NCBI GenBank assembly: GCA_051313645.2
Contig: JBNRSN020000058.1
Span: forward strand, 806,001 to 870,000
DNA: 64,000 nucleotides
Source of the DNA: Centroscyllium fabricii
Taxonomy: Eukaryota
Direction of reading: 5' to 3'
In this document: piece after piece, positions 1 to 11,830 of the stretch
Position numbering within the stretch: position 1 is the stretch's first letter
How the letters are laid out: every line of letters starts with the position of its first letter
Notes under the pieces: model-generated
Database searches by the model: none
The model's input: the letters and a program-made list of their open reading frames with translations, nothing else
Told to the model about the DNA's origin: nothing
Position numbers and translations under genes: made by a program

Positions 1-132
1 CAGCTGATGGCATTTGACTTGAAAAAGAACTGGATTACTTGAGAGGCACTAAGTGTAATAGTGTTAGGACTTTTGCATAGCATTACATAACTGTGGAAGT
101 GCAAGGTTTATATTGTAACAAATTTACATGAA

Positions 133-1030
133 TAACAACTTGCATTTATATAGCACCTTTAACATAGTAAAATGTTCCAAGGCGCTTCGCAGAGGTGGAA
201 GGAAACAAAATGGGCGCTGACCTAAAGACGGACATAATGGCCCAGAAATTGCAGTGGAGCCTTTGTGCGGGAGCAGTACCTGCTTAACGCACTTGAACTG
301 CCCATATTCAGGTTTGCTTTTTTGCACTCAGAAATTGCAGTTAGCCCAGCTTGTCAGAGCTCCGTGCGAGCTTCATGGGCATCTGAAGGGCGTAATTAGT
401 GCGAGATGGCTTTTGAGACCACATGATTGGCAGCGAGCCAATCAGTGGAACCAATTCTCCGTTCAAAACTTCCACTGAGAAATCTGTGCAAGTTCTGAAA
501 GGAGAGATTTCCCAAAAGACATCTAAACACAAAAATAAAATTTTAAAAACACATTTTTTTAAATTACCCCAACTAACACAAATAACCTATTTTAAAGAAA
601 AAATAAAAATTTACTGAAACATTTTTCAACTTCCAACAGGTCTAAAAAAATACTTACCTGTCTTTAAAGTTATCAACAATTAAAAACCTGAAAAAACAAT
701 TAAAATCAATAAAATACACACTTACCAGATAAAAACAGATACTGTACTTACGACTGCTTTTTCCCAGCGTAGAATATCCTGGTCTTGGTCCGTAGAAAAA
801 CTTTTTTTTTTTAAATCAGAATGTCTGGACGCAACCCTAGTTCGCTGCTTCCTGCGCTAGACCTCGCAGGAACTCCAACCCCCCCGCTGGCCGGCATAGG
901 AAAACCCGAAGCAGCGCAACCGGCTGCTTCCTGCGGGTTTAAGCTCTGGTGCGCTCGCACCAGAGCTTAAACCCGATATGGGCAGACTGGAATTTCTGGC
1001 CCATTAGGAGGAATAACCAAGAGCTTGGTC
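133..1030 (-). mobile_element. L2/CR1-type LINE 3' tail, split by the MITE at 239-1002
   Basis: acaacttgcatttatatagcacctttaacatagtaaaa...ggacat [MITE] taggaggaataaccaagagcttggtc. The two halves rejoin to resemble the uninterrupted copy at about 13960-14097. Confidence 0.6.
239..1002. mobile_element. PIF/Harbinger-type MITE
   Basis: TIRs ggcccagaaattgcagt ... actggaatttctggccc, 3-bp flanks aat/att, AT-rich centre and GC-rich subterminal arms, no coding capacity. Confidence 0.7.
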
Positions 1031-1303
1031 ACAAAAACCATATTTATTGTAATATTGTAGCAAATTAATTCTGTCTATTTATATACGTGCTACAAATCAG
1101 AAGGCTCCTTGAATATGCACCTTTGTTTACATTTATCCTGTTAATTGCAAGCAATCAAAAAATGACATGGTTGGGACTTTGCATCAACTCAGTTTGTGGC
1201 TCTAATTTGCAGCGAGTGGCAGCCGATATGTCTCCTCATTTCTCTGCCAAATTGGTTACTGGAGCAAGCTGGCCACTCTAGAGACTAACTGACATGCTCA
1301 TTT

Positions 1304-1620
1304 CATAGAATCATAGAATCCCTATAGTGCAGATAGAGGCCATTTCGGCCCATCGAGCCTGCACCGACACATATCCCACCCTATCGCCGTAACCCCACAT
1401 ATTTAATCCCCCTAACTCTAAGGGTCAATTTATCATGGCCAATCAACCTAACCCGCACATCTTTGGACTGTGGGAGGAAACTGGAGCACCCGGAGGAAAC
1501 CCACGCAGACACGGGGAGAATGTGCAAACTTCACAGAGATAGTCAGCCGAGGCCGGATTTGAACCCGGGTCTCTGGCGCTGTGAGGCAACAGTGCTAACC
1601 ACTATGCCACCGTGCCGCCC
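1304..1620 (-). mobile_element. HE1/V-type tRNA-derived SINE with CR1-derived tail
   Basis: Reverse complement begins gggcggcacggtggcatagtggttagcactgttgcctcacagc (A box) then ggttcaaatcc (B box), core gtttgcacattctccccgtgtctgcgtgggtttcctccggg, and ends in (attctatg)n. Confidence 0.9.
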
Positions 1621-3381
1621 TTGCTCCGTGCTAAGGACTGTCTTCTGTTGGATGAGCCATGAGTTATCTGTAGCGGGATATTTCCACAGCCCTCTTAATT
1701 GAAGGGGGGCTCCAGAATTACGATATGGACATAGTTGCCAATTGTTCACGTTCAGTACGAACAGCTTGCTGTTTCGATCCCGGTTCATTCCATTTGCACA
1801 ATGGCTGGCAAAATAGCGTTTATGGCTGTTGGCTGAATCACTCGCCAAAGTGTGGTAATTTGCTTCCTCTGTGCATCCACGGTTGCGGCATATTGTATGT
1901 CATTTATCTGTAGTTTGACTAAGTTTTGAATCAATTAGCCTGGGAGAATTTATATACAGTGTTATTAACTTTTTACTGAGGTTGTGACTGGTGCAGGTAA
2001 AGAATGAATCAATACACAGTGAGACGCAACAGGTCCATGAACAATATGCCACGCGCTAGTTCAAAGGAGCCGACCTTAGTGAAGCAAAATGCCAAAAATA
2101 AAAGACCAGTATTGCATACAAAGCCCAACTAGAGTATTGGGAACCTTCCTATTATTTCTTCTATTAAAAACTGATTACATTTAGGCCAGTTGCACTGATA
2201 ATGAAGTAATCTGTAACAGCACAGTAAGCTGGCAAATAAAGTAAAGGGTATAGGCCACAACTGTCAATGTAATCAAATAGCCAACTTCTTACCCAAGGTG
2301 GGGAAAAATGAAAGCTTTGGTGAGTGTGGTATTCAACCTCAGTAAAATGGTAATAACACAGTAAATATACTCTCCCAGGCGATTTGATTCCAAACTTAGT
2401 CATACCACAGATTAACTTAACAGTTACAGAATATAGTTTGTTCAATAGTATTTCTTATTTAACCCCTTTTGATTTTGTGTGTTTATTTGTTTCACCTAAA
2501 ACACATCCATTTTGGAAGTCTCTAATTTAACTAGTTCATGTCCAATGGTATTGCTCATATTGGGCAGAATTTCCAGCCCAAAGACATCATATCCTTAAGT
2601 GCTGACTTCTCTCTCTCTCTTACAGAGATGATGTGATGAGTAAACCCTGGCAGCTTCCAACCAAAATACAGAATCAGTTACCTTTGGTCTAGCTAGCTTG
2701 AAAATGAACTTTGGCCGAGAGAGTCAGCAGAGTTGTGTCTTTACTGTTTTCCATGCAACCAGGGGCAGTAGAAATTGATGACTCTCATTATAAAAACTGT
2801 ATTATGCTCATTCATGTCTTTTATATAAAATAAACCAGTTTGTGGTTTGCAATTGTACCTCATCTCGCTACAGTGCTTTTCAGTCTGCCTTCCATAAAGG
2901 CAGGAAAGCATATAGATCAATGTTACAATCCCTGGGTTATATCATCATTGAACTAGATATTGGGCAGTATAAAGAGGTGCTGCACTCTGAATCATAGGTA
3001 ACACAAGATCTACTTACAGAGTTAATGTATTTACATGGGTAATGTTAGATCCAAGAAAATATCGAGTGTAAAACCTGAAAATCTGTAACAGAGTCACCTC
3101 AGCACGTCTCAGCTTCTCATTCCACAACGACATTGGCGTAGGTTTGGAAGCAGGTTGCTTGCTTGTTTACAGATGGTGAATGGCACAGGGCGAAATTATT
3201 TAATAAGGTATTTCTTCATCTAAATAAAATCAAGTATTATAAAGCAGGGGGCCACATATGGAACCGAGCCCATGAAAACTGACCTTCGAAACCCGAGCAA
3301 TTCAGTGTTATTTGCACTTATATTTCTCATTTGTTGGTTTGTGCTGTTTGAATTTTGTAGGTTTGCAAAGGACACTTCTTA

Positions 3382-3649
3382 GGCTCTGATTTTAAACTCC
3401 AGGTGGAATCCCCGCTCAGGAAAGAGTTAAAATTAGAGTCGGGTCTCAATGATGTCATCGGGCCGCAACATGCATATGTAAAGCAGGACCCTGTTGGCTC
3501 CGGGCGTGTGTCCTTGCTGCCTGCACAGAAAAGCAGGTTAAAATTGCAGGTGGTGCAATCATGGCAGCTTTTGGACAGGTAAGAGTTAGGGTGATTTTAA
3601 CTGCCCACCCGCCAGCTTTCTACTGAGCGAGTAGGGTTAAAATCACCCC
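3382..3649. mobile_element. Degenerate Harbinger-type MITE
   Basis: Ends ggctctgattttaa ... ttaaaatcacccc. The right end resembles that of 45648-46107. Confidence 0.5.
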
Positions 3650-4639
3650 GAGTGTTTTTGCCTCATTGATGGACAAAGCCTTACCAGAACACAGAGACCT
3701 GTTAGTATTAGCAAGTTAATGTATATGTAAATTAATGAGAACTTGGATATAGACATACCACAAAGACAAAAGATAGAATATCCTGTTATATACAGTAGAA
3801 CAGTGAGTAGCTGGCAGTGAGTGTTCGAGAGTTATCTGCAATCTCTGGGTTCAGCTGACATTTAGAAACCTTCGCTCCCTTGGGTTATGACGTCAGTAGA
3901 AGAACTCGATTGAATTACTGCCTTGTTACCTCACCGCCAACCATCTACTCTCCTCAGTTTATTACCCATTCTTTTTGTATTACAGAAGCAAGCATTCCCA
4001 ACAGACAGTGGACACAGGAAGCATTAGGCAATCTCTGCAAGTGAATTAGTTCTGACTAAACCCATGAAAGGGAACTTGTAGTTGCAAGTTCAATCTTTTA
4101 ACAAAACACAAAAATAATAGAATTCAGCATTTGTAATGAGCTTTGTACTACAAAGCGCAAAGTTCCCATTTATTTTCCTTATTTGCATCTATCAAATTAG
4201 ATGAAAATTACACCTTTTATTCAGCCAGTGATTAAATGCAACATTTATGTACTGTTAGAATTGCCCTCCTGGGGGGAACTTAATACTGAATGCTGAATAA
4301 ACAGTAAAAATCCCACCTATCTCAATGCACACAGTATCATGATTTTGAGGAAAACACATGCATAAAGCCATTAAACCAAAACTTTCAGGTGTTCAGATAA
4401 GTTCATATTCCACATCTGTTGCTGGAATAACCAAGGTTAAGTTGCAAAAAGGAAGTTTGTTACCTTTAATAGTCACAGACAAAACATTTTTTTTAAAGCC
4501 TCTCTCTTCCTACAATTGCCTCTCTGCTTGTTTCACATTTTCCAATTCTTCCAGTCACTCTGCTGTTTGTCTTTCACTATCCCTTCTGACCTTCTCCTCT
4601 CTGACCCCGAATGATCAGTCCTCAGCAAAGGCCTGAGAT

Positions 4640-5268
4640 TCATCCCCTTATGCCCCCACCTCAATGAATTTCATGCTCAGCACGGTGCCGAGCTCTTTTT
4701 CCGTCGCCTTCGTCTCCGTGCCCACTTCTTTGGCCAGGAGTCTTCCTCCCGCACAGCTGACCCTTTCTCCCACTTTCAGAATTCCCGTTCTACCTGGACC
4801 CCTCCCTCTGGCCTCTTACCCGCTCTAGACCTTCTCATTGCAAACTGCCGCCGTGACATCGGCCGTCTCCATTTCTCTGCTCCCCTCACTCATTTCTCTG
4901 CTCCCCTCACTCACTCCGACCTACCTCCCTCTGAACTTGCAGCACTCCATTCTCTCAGATCCTACCCCGACATTGTCATTAAACCTGCTGACAAGGGTGG
5001 TGCTGTTGTTGTTTGGCGAACCGACCTCTACCTAGCGTAAGCTGCACGCCAACTATCCGACACCTCCTATTTACCTCCACCTGGACCATGATCCCACTAC
5101 CGAATATTAAGCCACCGTTTCCAAGACTGTTACTGACCTTATCTCCTCTGGACATCTTCCCCCCACGGCCACCAACCTCATAGTTCCTCAACCCCGCACA
5201 GCCCGCTTCCACCTCTTTCCCAAGATCCACAAACAGGGCTGCCCTGGTAGACCCATCGTTTCAGCCTG
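4640..5268 (+). mobile_element. Penelope-like element reverse-transcriptase fragment (decayed)
   Basis: Frameshifted translation gives IVIKPADKGGAVVVWRTDLY and PQPRTARFHLFPKIHKQGCPGRPIVSAC, typical Penelope-like RT N-terminal motifs. Confidence 0.8.
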
Positions 5269-5345
5269 TTTCAGCCATTCCAAGGTTTGTAATATTACAA
5301 AGAAACCAAATCAAGATGCAGTTGGTGCTCTAATGGTGTTCTGTA

Positions 5346-5676
5346 CAGGTTGAGCACTGGTAATCTGGCACCCGATGGTCCGGTACGAATCAAAATCGGC
5401 GGTCTTCAGTATGCGGAGCAGCCGCTCGGCGGCGTCACCGTTTCCCGCGATGGGTGGGCGAGCGCCGAGGGCTTCGGGCATTTGGGTTTCTGCTTTTTTA
5501 GGGCTAGTAAGTGTTCTATCACCGGGCTCCCTCCCCGGGAGTGTTCTACCCGCGCGCTCCGGACCCCAGGGAGTGTTCTACCCGCGCGCTCCCCCCGAAC
5601 CTTCAGTGGTTCGGAATTTTCAGTGGTCCGGCACCGAACTGGTCCCGAGGGTGCCGGATTACCTGTGCTCAACCTG
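5346..5676. mobile_element. pogo/Tigger-like MITE
   Basis: TA|caggttgagcactggtaatctggcaccc ... gggtgccggattacctgtgctcaacctg TIRs, with two internal ggggagtgttctacccgcgcgctcc units. Confidence 0.8.
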
Positions 5677-6167
5677 TTTCTACACACCTTTAACAAAATA
5701 TGCTATACAGACATGCTGGTGAGATCTAGTTGCAGAATTTCTACACGCCTCCATTTAAAAGAAAATATTATGTACACACTGACAAACAGTGCAATTTGGA
5801 AAGTTTGCATTTCAGTAACAAGAAAAAGCCGTAAGCACCAACTAGCCTGTGCCTTTTTTACTGATCAATCCGATATATTAGCCTGCTCACCATATTCCTC
5901 AATCCTTTTGCTTTCTGGAAGTTTCTATTGTGTCCAAATGAAATATCAGTTGGACCATATGTAACAATGGCTACTAGTCAAATACATGTTATATAACTTC
6001 CTCAGGATCTGTATTTCTGAACTGTATTGCTTTGCAGCATCGGTGTACAGTTTCAACAGAATCTACCAGGTATTACAAACCTTGGAGTGGCTGAAAACCG
6101 GTTCAGCTAATTACTGAGAGATCAACACAAATCTTAACTCAGTCCATTCATTAACTTAAATGCATAC

Positions 6168-6428
6168 CTTTTACAGTAACTTAGAGTGGACATCGCTACA
6201 TGAACAAGCTGCAGGATCATGGATGGGATCTTTCATGGAGCTGATGGGCAGGTTCAATGCCGGTAACAGATTATCAAAAGAAAACCTCCATCACAGAGAT
6301 GCCATGCTGGCTTTCACAGCAGGCTCAACCTGAAGATGACAATCTGCTACAGTGAATACTTCTTTCAAATATCTATCTTACAAATTTAGTACCAGATAGA
6401 AATCAACAGACAATCTGCATATAAACAT
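6168..6428 (+). repeat. Local direct duplication, copy 1 (copy 2 = 7346-7362 plus 8114-8348)
   Basis: About 250 bp block (cttttacagtaacttagagtggacatc...caatctgcatataaacat) repeated with scattered substitutions and a short indel. Confidence 0.85.
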
Positions 6429-6965
6429 ACTAAGTATGTTAAACACTACGCAAATTCAAAAAGGGGGTTCAGGACAGTTGGGCTTAAAAAAACCTCTTTG
6501 TGCAGACTTTTGCTATGTTTCTTTTTCAACTGACTTTAATCTTAAGTATACTCAGCAAAGCCACACCAATAATGAATATTACTACAGCTGGAAAATTAAT
6601 CTGTGATTGTAGGTCGAACAGCTATATTGAGGTGAGCTTATAATTAATCACTCAAGAGTCTAATGACGATGTGCACAACTGTTACACTGTATGCCTCAGA
6701 GAATTAAACATCCCTCCACCCACCCATTTCCTGTGGGTAACCTTTCAGACTGAACACCAAGAATTCTAATGTCTAAATATAGCTGCCTGGAGCACACATA
6801 TCTGTACGAGCAGCATTTATTTCAACTGTACTGTACTGAATTATTGTATGAATATCTGAAAGTGAAACTGCCTACACAGAATTATATCACAGTCCACTCA
6901 AACCCTTCACCCTCATAGTAATCTTGAAACCATAAGCATAATATTTTAAAATTTAATAACACTTT

Positions 6966-7081
6966 CATAGAAGATAGGAGCAGGAGTAGGCCATTCGGCC
7001 CCTCGAGCCTACTCTGCCATTCAATGAGATCATGGCTGATCATCCAAACTCAGTACCCTGTCCCTGCCTTTTCCCCATATC
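6966..7081 (-). mobile_element. CR1 LINE 3' terminal fragment
   Basis: catagaagataggagcaggagtaggccattcggcccctcgagcct..., the reverse complement of the 3' end of the CR1 at 28805-29225. Confidence 0.8.
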
Positions 7082-7362
7082 ACAACTAACCAGACTGGTA
7101 AATATATTTCTCTGTCTCTGAATGTATAATAAGGTGTGAGCACAATTGTATTTATCATCTTCGGAACTGAAGATTAAATACAAATGAGGTGAACTATATG
7201 AGTATCAGGAAAAATTGACTCCTGTCTCAAGTAAATCTTTATCTACTGTTACCTTCATTACCAGAGTTCATTTGATAAAATTAGATATTGGAAATACTTC
7301 ATTTACCTGAAAAAATTCCAAACTCAATAATGACCAACAACTCTGCCTTTTGCAGTAACTTA

Positions 7363-8113
7363 GGGGGGCAATTTCATGTCCCCGTGAGGTGGGGTTTTCG
7401 GCGGCCTGGCCGGCAAAATAGCAGAACCGGCAGGTCCCGACCGCCCCCGCCATCGCATTTTCCCCCGCCCAGATTCCCCACCCCGAAACCGTCCCGCCGG
7501 CGGGGATGGGTTGTCACCTCGTTAAGGGCCCTTAATTGGCATCTTTAATGGCATTTTAAGGGCCCTCAGCCATTTTACCCTGTTTCCTGCCCTAACCCCA
7601 TCACCTTAAACCCCGCTGGGAGCACAGCGCTGATTATTACTTTCTCCTTCAAGGTGTGAAGGACATGCTGCCAAATGCTTGGCATGCCTCCAGCACCTTA
7701 GAGGAGTAAGTAACTCCGTGCTGGCTGCAGCAGCTGTGAGCAGAAACTGAGAAACCTCAGCTCTGCACATTTCCTGACAGCCGGTGTGAGCTGTCAAGGA
7801 TTCTGAGCCCGCCCGCCCACCTGTCAGTCACCAGCACTTGACCGTTCCCATTGGTTCCACTCGACTGTGATGTCACAGTGGAGTGTTTCCATGGGAACTG
7901 TCAACAACCAGCGCTGGAACTGTCAATCAAACTCCTCGCACCCCGATGCAGCCCGGCTCGATTGAACTAATTACCTCCCTCTGCCGCCGGCATGGATTTA
8001 ACAACCCAATTAAATTAAAATTGCGTGGCCTTCCCAGCTGTTTGGGCGGGCGGGACAGGAAGCCGCCCAGACCAATCCCCGCCAGGTTCCCGCTCTTCCG
8101 GCAAAGTCCCCCC
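7363..8113. mobile_element. PIF/Harbinger-type MITE with TTA target-site duplication
   Basis: tta|gggggg...cccccc|tta. The empty site is visible in the duplicated block near 6175-6190 (agtaacttagagtgg). Confidence 0.85.
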
Positions 8114-9091
8114 CTTAGAGTAGACATCACTACATGAACAAGTTGCAGGGTCATGGATGGGATCTTTTGTGGAGTGTATGGGCAGGTGCAAAGCCGGTAA
8201 CAGATTACCAAAAGAAAACCTCCATCACAGAGATGCCATGCTGGCTCAACCCGAAGATGACAATCTGCTACAGAGAACACTTCTTTCAAGTTTCTATCTT
8301 ACAATTTTAGTACCAGATACAATCAACAGACAATCTGCATATAAACATGTACATCACAAAGCATTCTTCAATGAAGACGCTGCAACTTTAATACAGGGCT
8401 TGGCAGTGATTGCAGACTGGGAATCAGAAGCTTCACTGGAAAATCTCAACTTGCAAATGGCTAAAGTTGTTTAATTGAATTGCTAGAGCTCATTAAAAAT
8501 GATTCCATCAGTTTAACAAAACCTATTCTTTTGTCCGACATCAACTTTGTTGCACGGTGTTAAATACATGTTTGCGCAAAATACAACCCTCACCGATGTC
8601 AGGTGCTCAAGGCAACAATGGTTAATGAAAACTAAGCTAGGTATGTTTTCCTATTCCACAGGTGTAAGATCTTTACATCTCAATGCAATGAGACATCTCA
8701 CAGAGGCAAATAATTCAAATGTATTAAAGAGTCAGATCTACAGCACATCAGGGTTTTTTTTTTAAACTTTGGTTGGCTTTGACACAATATTAAAAGCTAA
8801 TATCACCGAGGGCTTTCACTGAAATTACTGAACATAAAACTGCAATACTCATTATAGCCAACATACCCAATGTCAAAGCCATCAAAAGAAGCTTTACTAA
8901 ATATAGGTATTTTCTTCAGAGCCACTGATGGTATTTAACTCTTCCAACCAATTCCCTACCTGGTTTAAAACCAATTTATTACAACACTCTTAGAAAAACA
9001 CAATCTAGTTTTAAAAGGACAACTGTTCCTTTGCAGAGTTTATAAAGTGAATACTGCTACAGTACATCTTTCATGTCAGATTAATACATAC

Positions 9092-9154
9092 CATTTTCTG
9101 GCTGGTCCTTGATATCCTCACTTTCCTGGCTAGGACTTTCAGACTGACCTGAAT
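9092..9154 (-). CDS. NFIA: Internal coding exon (63 nt, phase 1-1) of nuclear factor I A, equivalent to the short exon just after the DNA-binding-domain exon
   Basis: Minus strand reads tttctgtctttcag|ATTCAGGTCAG...CCAGAAAATG|gtatgta, with canonical AG acceptor and GT donor. Translation (D)[20 protein letters not shown](G) matches my recollection of mammalian NFIA [23 protein letters not shown], one residue shorter. No neighbouring NFIA exon was recognised in the window, consistent with very long flanking introns. Confidence 0.85.
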
Positions 9155-9314
9155 CTGAAAGACAGAAAATATAAGCCAACCTATTAAAATGGATCATAGA
9201 AACTTCATCATAGAAGCAGACCCTGTGTCACAGCTAGTTCCACATTAACGCTATCTACTCTAATCCCTGCTCTTTCCCTGTGGCCTTTAATATTTATCTT
9301 CCCACATCACAAGT

Positions 9315-9412
9315 GGGACTCCACTTCAAAAAGTACTTCATTGGCTGTAAAGCGCTTTAAGACGTCCGGTGGTCGTGAAAGGCGCTATAGAAATGCAAGT
9401 CTTTCTTTTTTC
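9315..9412 (+). mobile_element. Deu-type SINE / L2-like 3' tail fragment
   Basis: cacttcaaaaagtacttcattggctgtaaagcgcttt...gaaaggcgctatagaaatgcaagtctttc matches the tail of the SINE at 50333-50781. Confidence 0.7.
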
Positions 9413-10772
9413 TTTAAATATTTATCTTATTCCCTCTTAAATGTCATGATTGACTCAAGTTCATTAGCTACTTGTGGTAATGTGTTCCGTAATCCATAAT
9501 GTTGGGGAAGGGATTATTTAGAGCCATCTCGGGAAGACAGGAAGTCGAATCAGGCCAACACAGAATGGGATAAAACTGAGATAAATTATCTTCAAAAAAT
9601 GCAATAACATTTCGAAATTTTATTGTTGACAAATGTGATTGGTTGTAAACCATGCGCTGAACAGGTGCCCAGTCGCACATTGTATTGGGGCACTGGTTTG
9701 GTGCAGGACCTGCGATTCAGTACACAGTGAGTTCTTAATCTTAGCCAGGTTGTCCTGATGGACAGCTGAGCTAAAGCCCAATTTCAATCATTCTGGTGAG
9801 TCATGACCTTAAAATAAATATATTTTGCCATGACTGCTTACAGGGAGAATCATTCCTCTGTGGATGGTGGATGATCATTTTGTATCCTACCAAAGCTTCC
9901 TTCAGTCACAATACATGTCAATTCTTCTTCTAACCTAATGAATTGTTGCCCCATTGATGCATCAGCATTCTTTGGTGTTCTGGTGGACACATGGACCAGC
10001 TGCAGTGTTCAGTTATTGGTCTCTGTGAAACTTTGCAAATATCAGAACTGTGATATCAGCCAGTGTCTAAAACACCTGAACATTCAACATCACTGCACCT
10101 TCTCCATCCATATTGCACAAATATCACACTGGAAAAAATGTCATCCTGTGACCATTCTCTCTCAGCACCTGGGAGTCAGAGAAGTTCACTTCTGCAAATG
10201 GCAATGTCTGCAAACACTCAAGCACCTTCTTTATTCAAACCACTCTCTCAACTCACTTTGCCTGCCACAGGGGCTTTGGTAGTCTTCAAGTACACTTCAA
10301 AGAACAAGGCAACTTTGCCTCAAATCATCATGGCATATATGTTCCCATATGGGGGAAGTCTGCATTACACTCCTAGTCCTGTAATATTGTCTTCTCTCCT
10401 TCCATAGTAAAAACAAAACTCAATAAGCACCATAGAGGGAGAATCAGCGTCACTGAAACCCCTCAGTCTGAAGGAAGCAGCAGCATTGGGCTTAATGAAC
10501 AGATTTACATTATGCCATGGAGGGTGGAGAAACGGCCACCCTTGGCTGAGGAGCCTACGAACCCAGATTTCAAAAGCCCAGTCAGCAAGCGATCTATGAT
10601 TCAGGAGCACTGATCTTATGTGACAACAGCGGAGGTAATTTTCACACAGGAGATGATGGATAGCCGAGGAGTCCATGCCGTGCATCTCCAATACAATGCA
10701 GGAAGTTTCTCACGCTCTGTGGAATGCCGAGACTATGATAGCCCGAGTGCACACTGTAGCATCAAGATGCCA

Positions 10773-11077
10773 GGAACATAGGAGCGGCAGTAGGCCATTT
10801 AGCCCCTCGAGCCTGTTCCGCCATTTAATGAGATCATGGCTGATCTGCGACCTAACTCCTTATGCCCGTCTTTGCCACATATCACTTAATTCCTTCAGTT
10901 AACAAAAATCTATCAATCGCAGATTTAAAATTAACAATTGATCTGGCATCAATTGCCATTTACGGAAGAGAGTTACAAACGTCTACCACCGTTTGTGTGT
11001 AGAAGTGTTTCCTAATTTTACTCCAAAAGTCTGGCTCTAATTTTTAGACTATATCCCCTAGTCCAAGTCTCACCAAC
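10773..11077 (-). mobile_element. CR1 LINE 3' fragment
   Basis: CR1-type 3' UTR (ggaacataggagcggcagtaggccattt...) followed by decayed ORF2 C-terminal sequence. Confidence 0.75.
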
Positions 11078-11439
11078 TTCTAAAGACACTGATGGCTTCC
11101 AGAGTGGCATCTAACAGTGCTGCAATAGATGTTCTCACAAGACGTTTTCACAGGGCTTCCAAGGCCCATTTGGAACTATTCAGTCTGGGGTGACACCAAT
11201 CAGTAGCACCTCAAACTATGCCCAGCACCAGTGGGCTGCAAGGTGAAGGTGCAGATGCAATTGTCTCTCGAGTGTGGCAATCAACTTACTGGCTTAACAC
11301 TCTCTCCAATTCCTTCACATGAGGGAACTTTAGACCTGGACTTGGTACCTTAGGTACTGCGAGCACCAAGCAGCCGGAAGCAGGTCCCTTTGGAATAGCA
11401 GCTACCCTGAGGTGCAATTCGCCTCACATCTCTAAGGCT

Positions 11440-11830
11440 CATGGGGAACCACCCCAGCCACTCACCACGCAACCGTATCTCATTTAAGATCAGACTCCAG
11501 AGTATAAATGGAATCAATGAGAACTCTGCTTGAACATTTCTATGGTACAACTTTTCCAGTATGAAAGTGATAAAAGTATTTCCCTAAGAAAACACGGCAT
11601 TAGTCACTTGCCTTATACAGTAATAAATTGCACTCTGGCTTATCTAGAAGATGTTCCTTATGGTGGCCTGAAAGGATCCTGTTGCATAAAAGCTTAATGC
11701 TGTGGTGACCTTGACAGCTATCCAAACAGTTTTTCCAGTCCTTGAGGTTTTACACAAGACAGGCTGTAACAAATGGCACAGCTTTGCAATGCGCCTATAG
11801 TGAAGTTCAGGCAGTAAAAATAGTTTTCCT
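11440..11830 (-). pseudogene. Decayed PIF/Harbinger (HARBI1-like) transposase
   Basis: Minus-strand translation AKLCHLLQPVL...IAVKVTTALSFYATGSFQATIRNIF*ISQSAIYYCIRQVTNAVF matches the Harbinger transposase HTH region (VKV..AL.F.A.GSFQ...ISQS....CIR.VT.A). It contains stops and deletions. Weaker remnants may extend to about 10450 beyond the CR1 insertion. Confidence 0.65.

Noticed and set aside
5350-5964. 204-aa ORF, and 18211-18813 (200 aa) and 18518-19075 (185 aa)
   Set aside because: They run across MITE or repeat boundaries with no recognisable domain or splice structure.
1-9091. Next NFIA exon (GHLGFQDSFVTSGVFSV...)
   Set aside because: Not found by eye on the minus strand, so it is presumed to lie outside the window.
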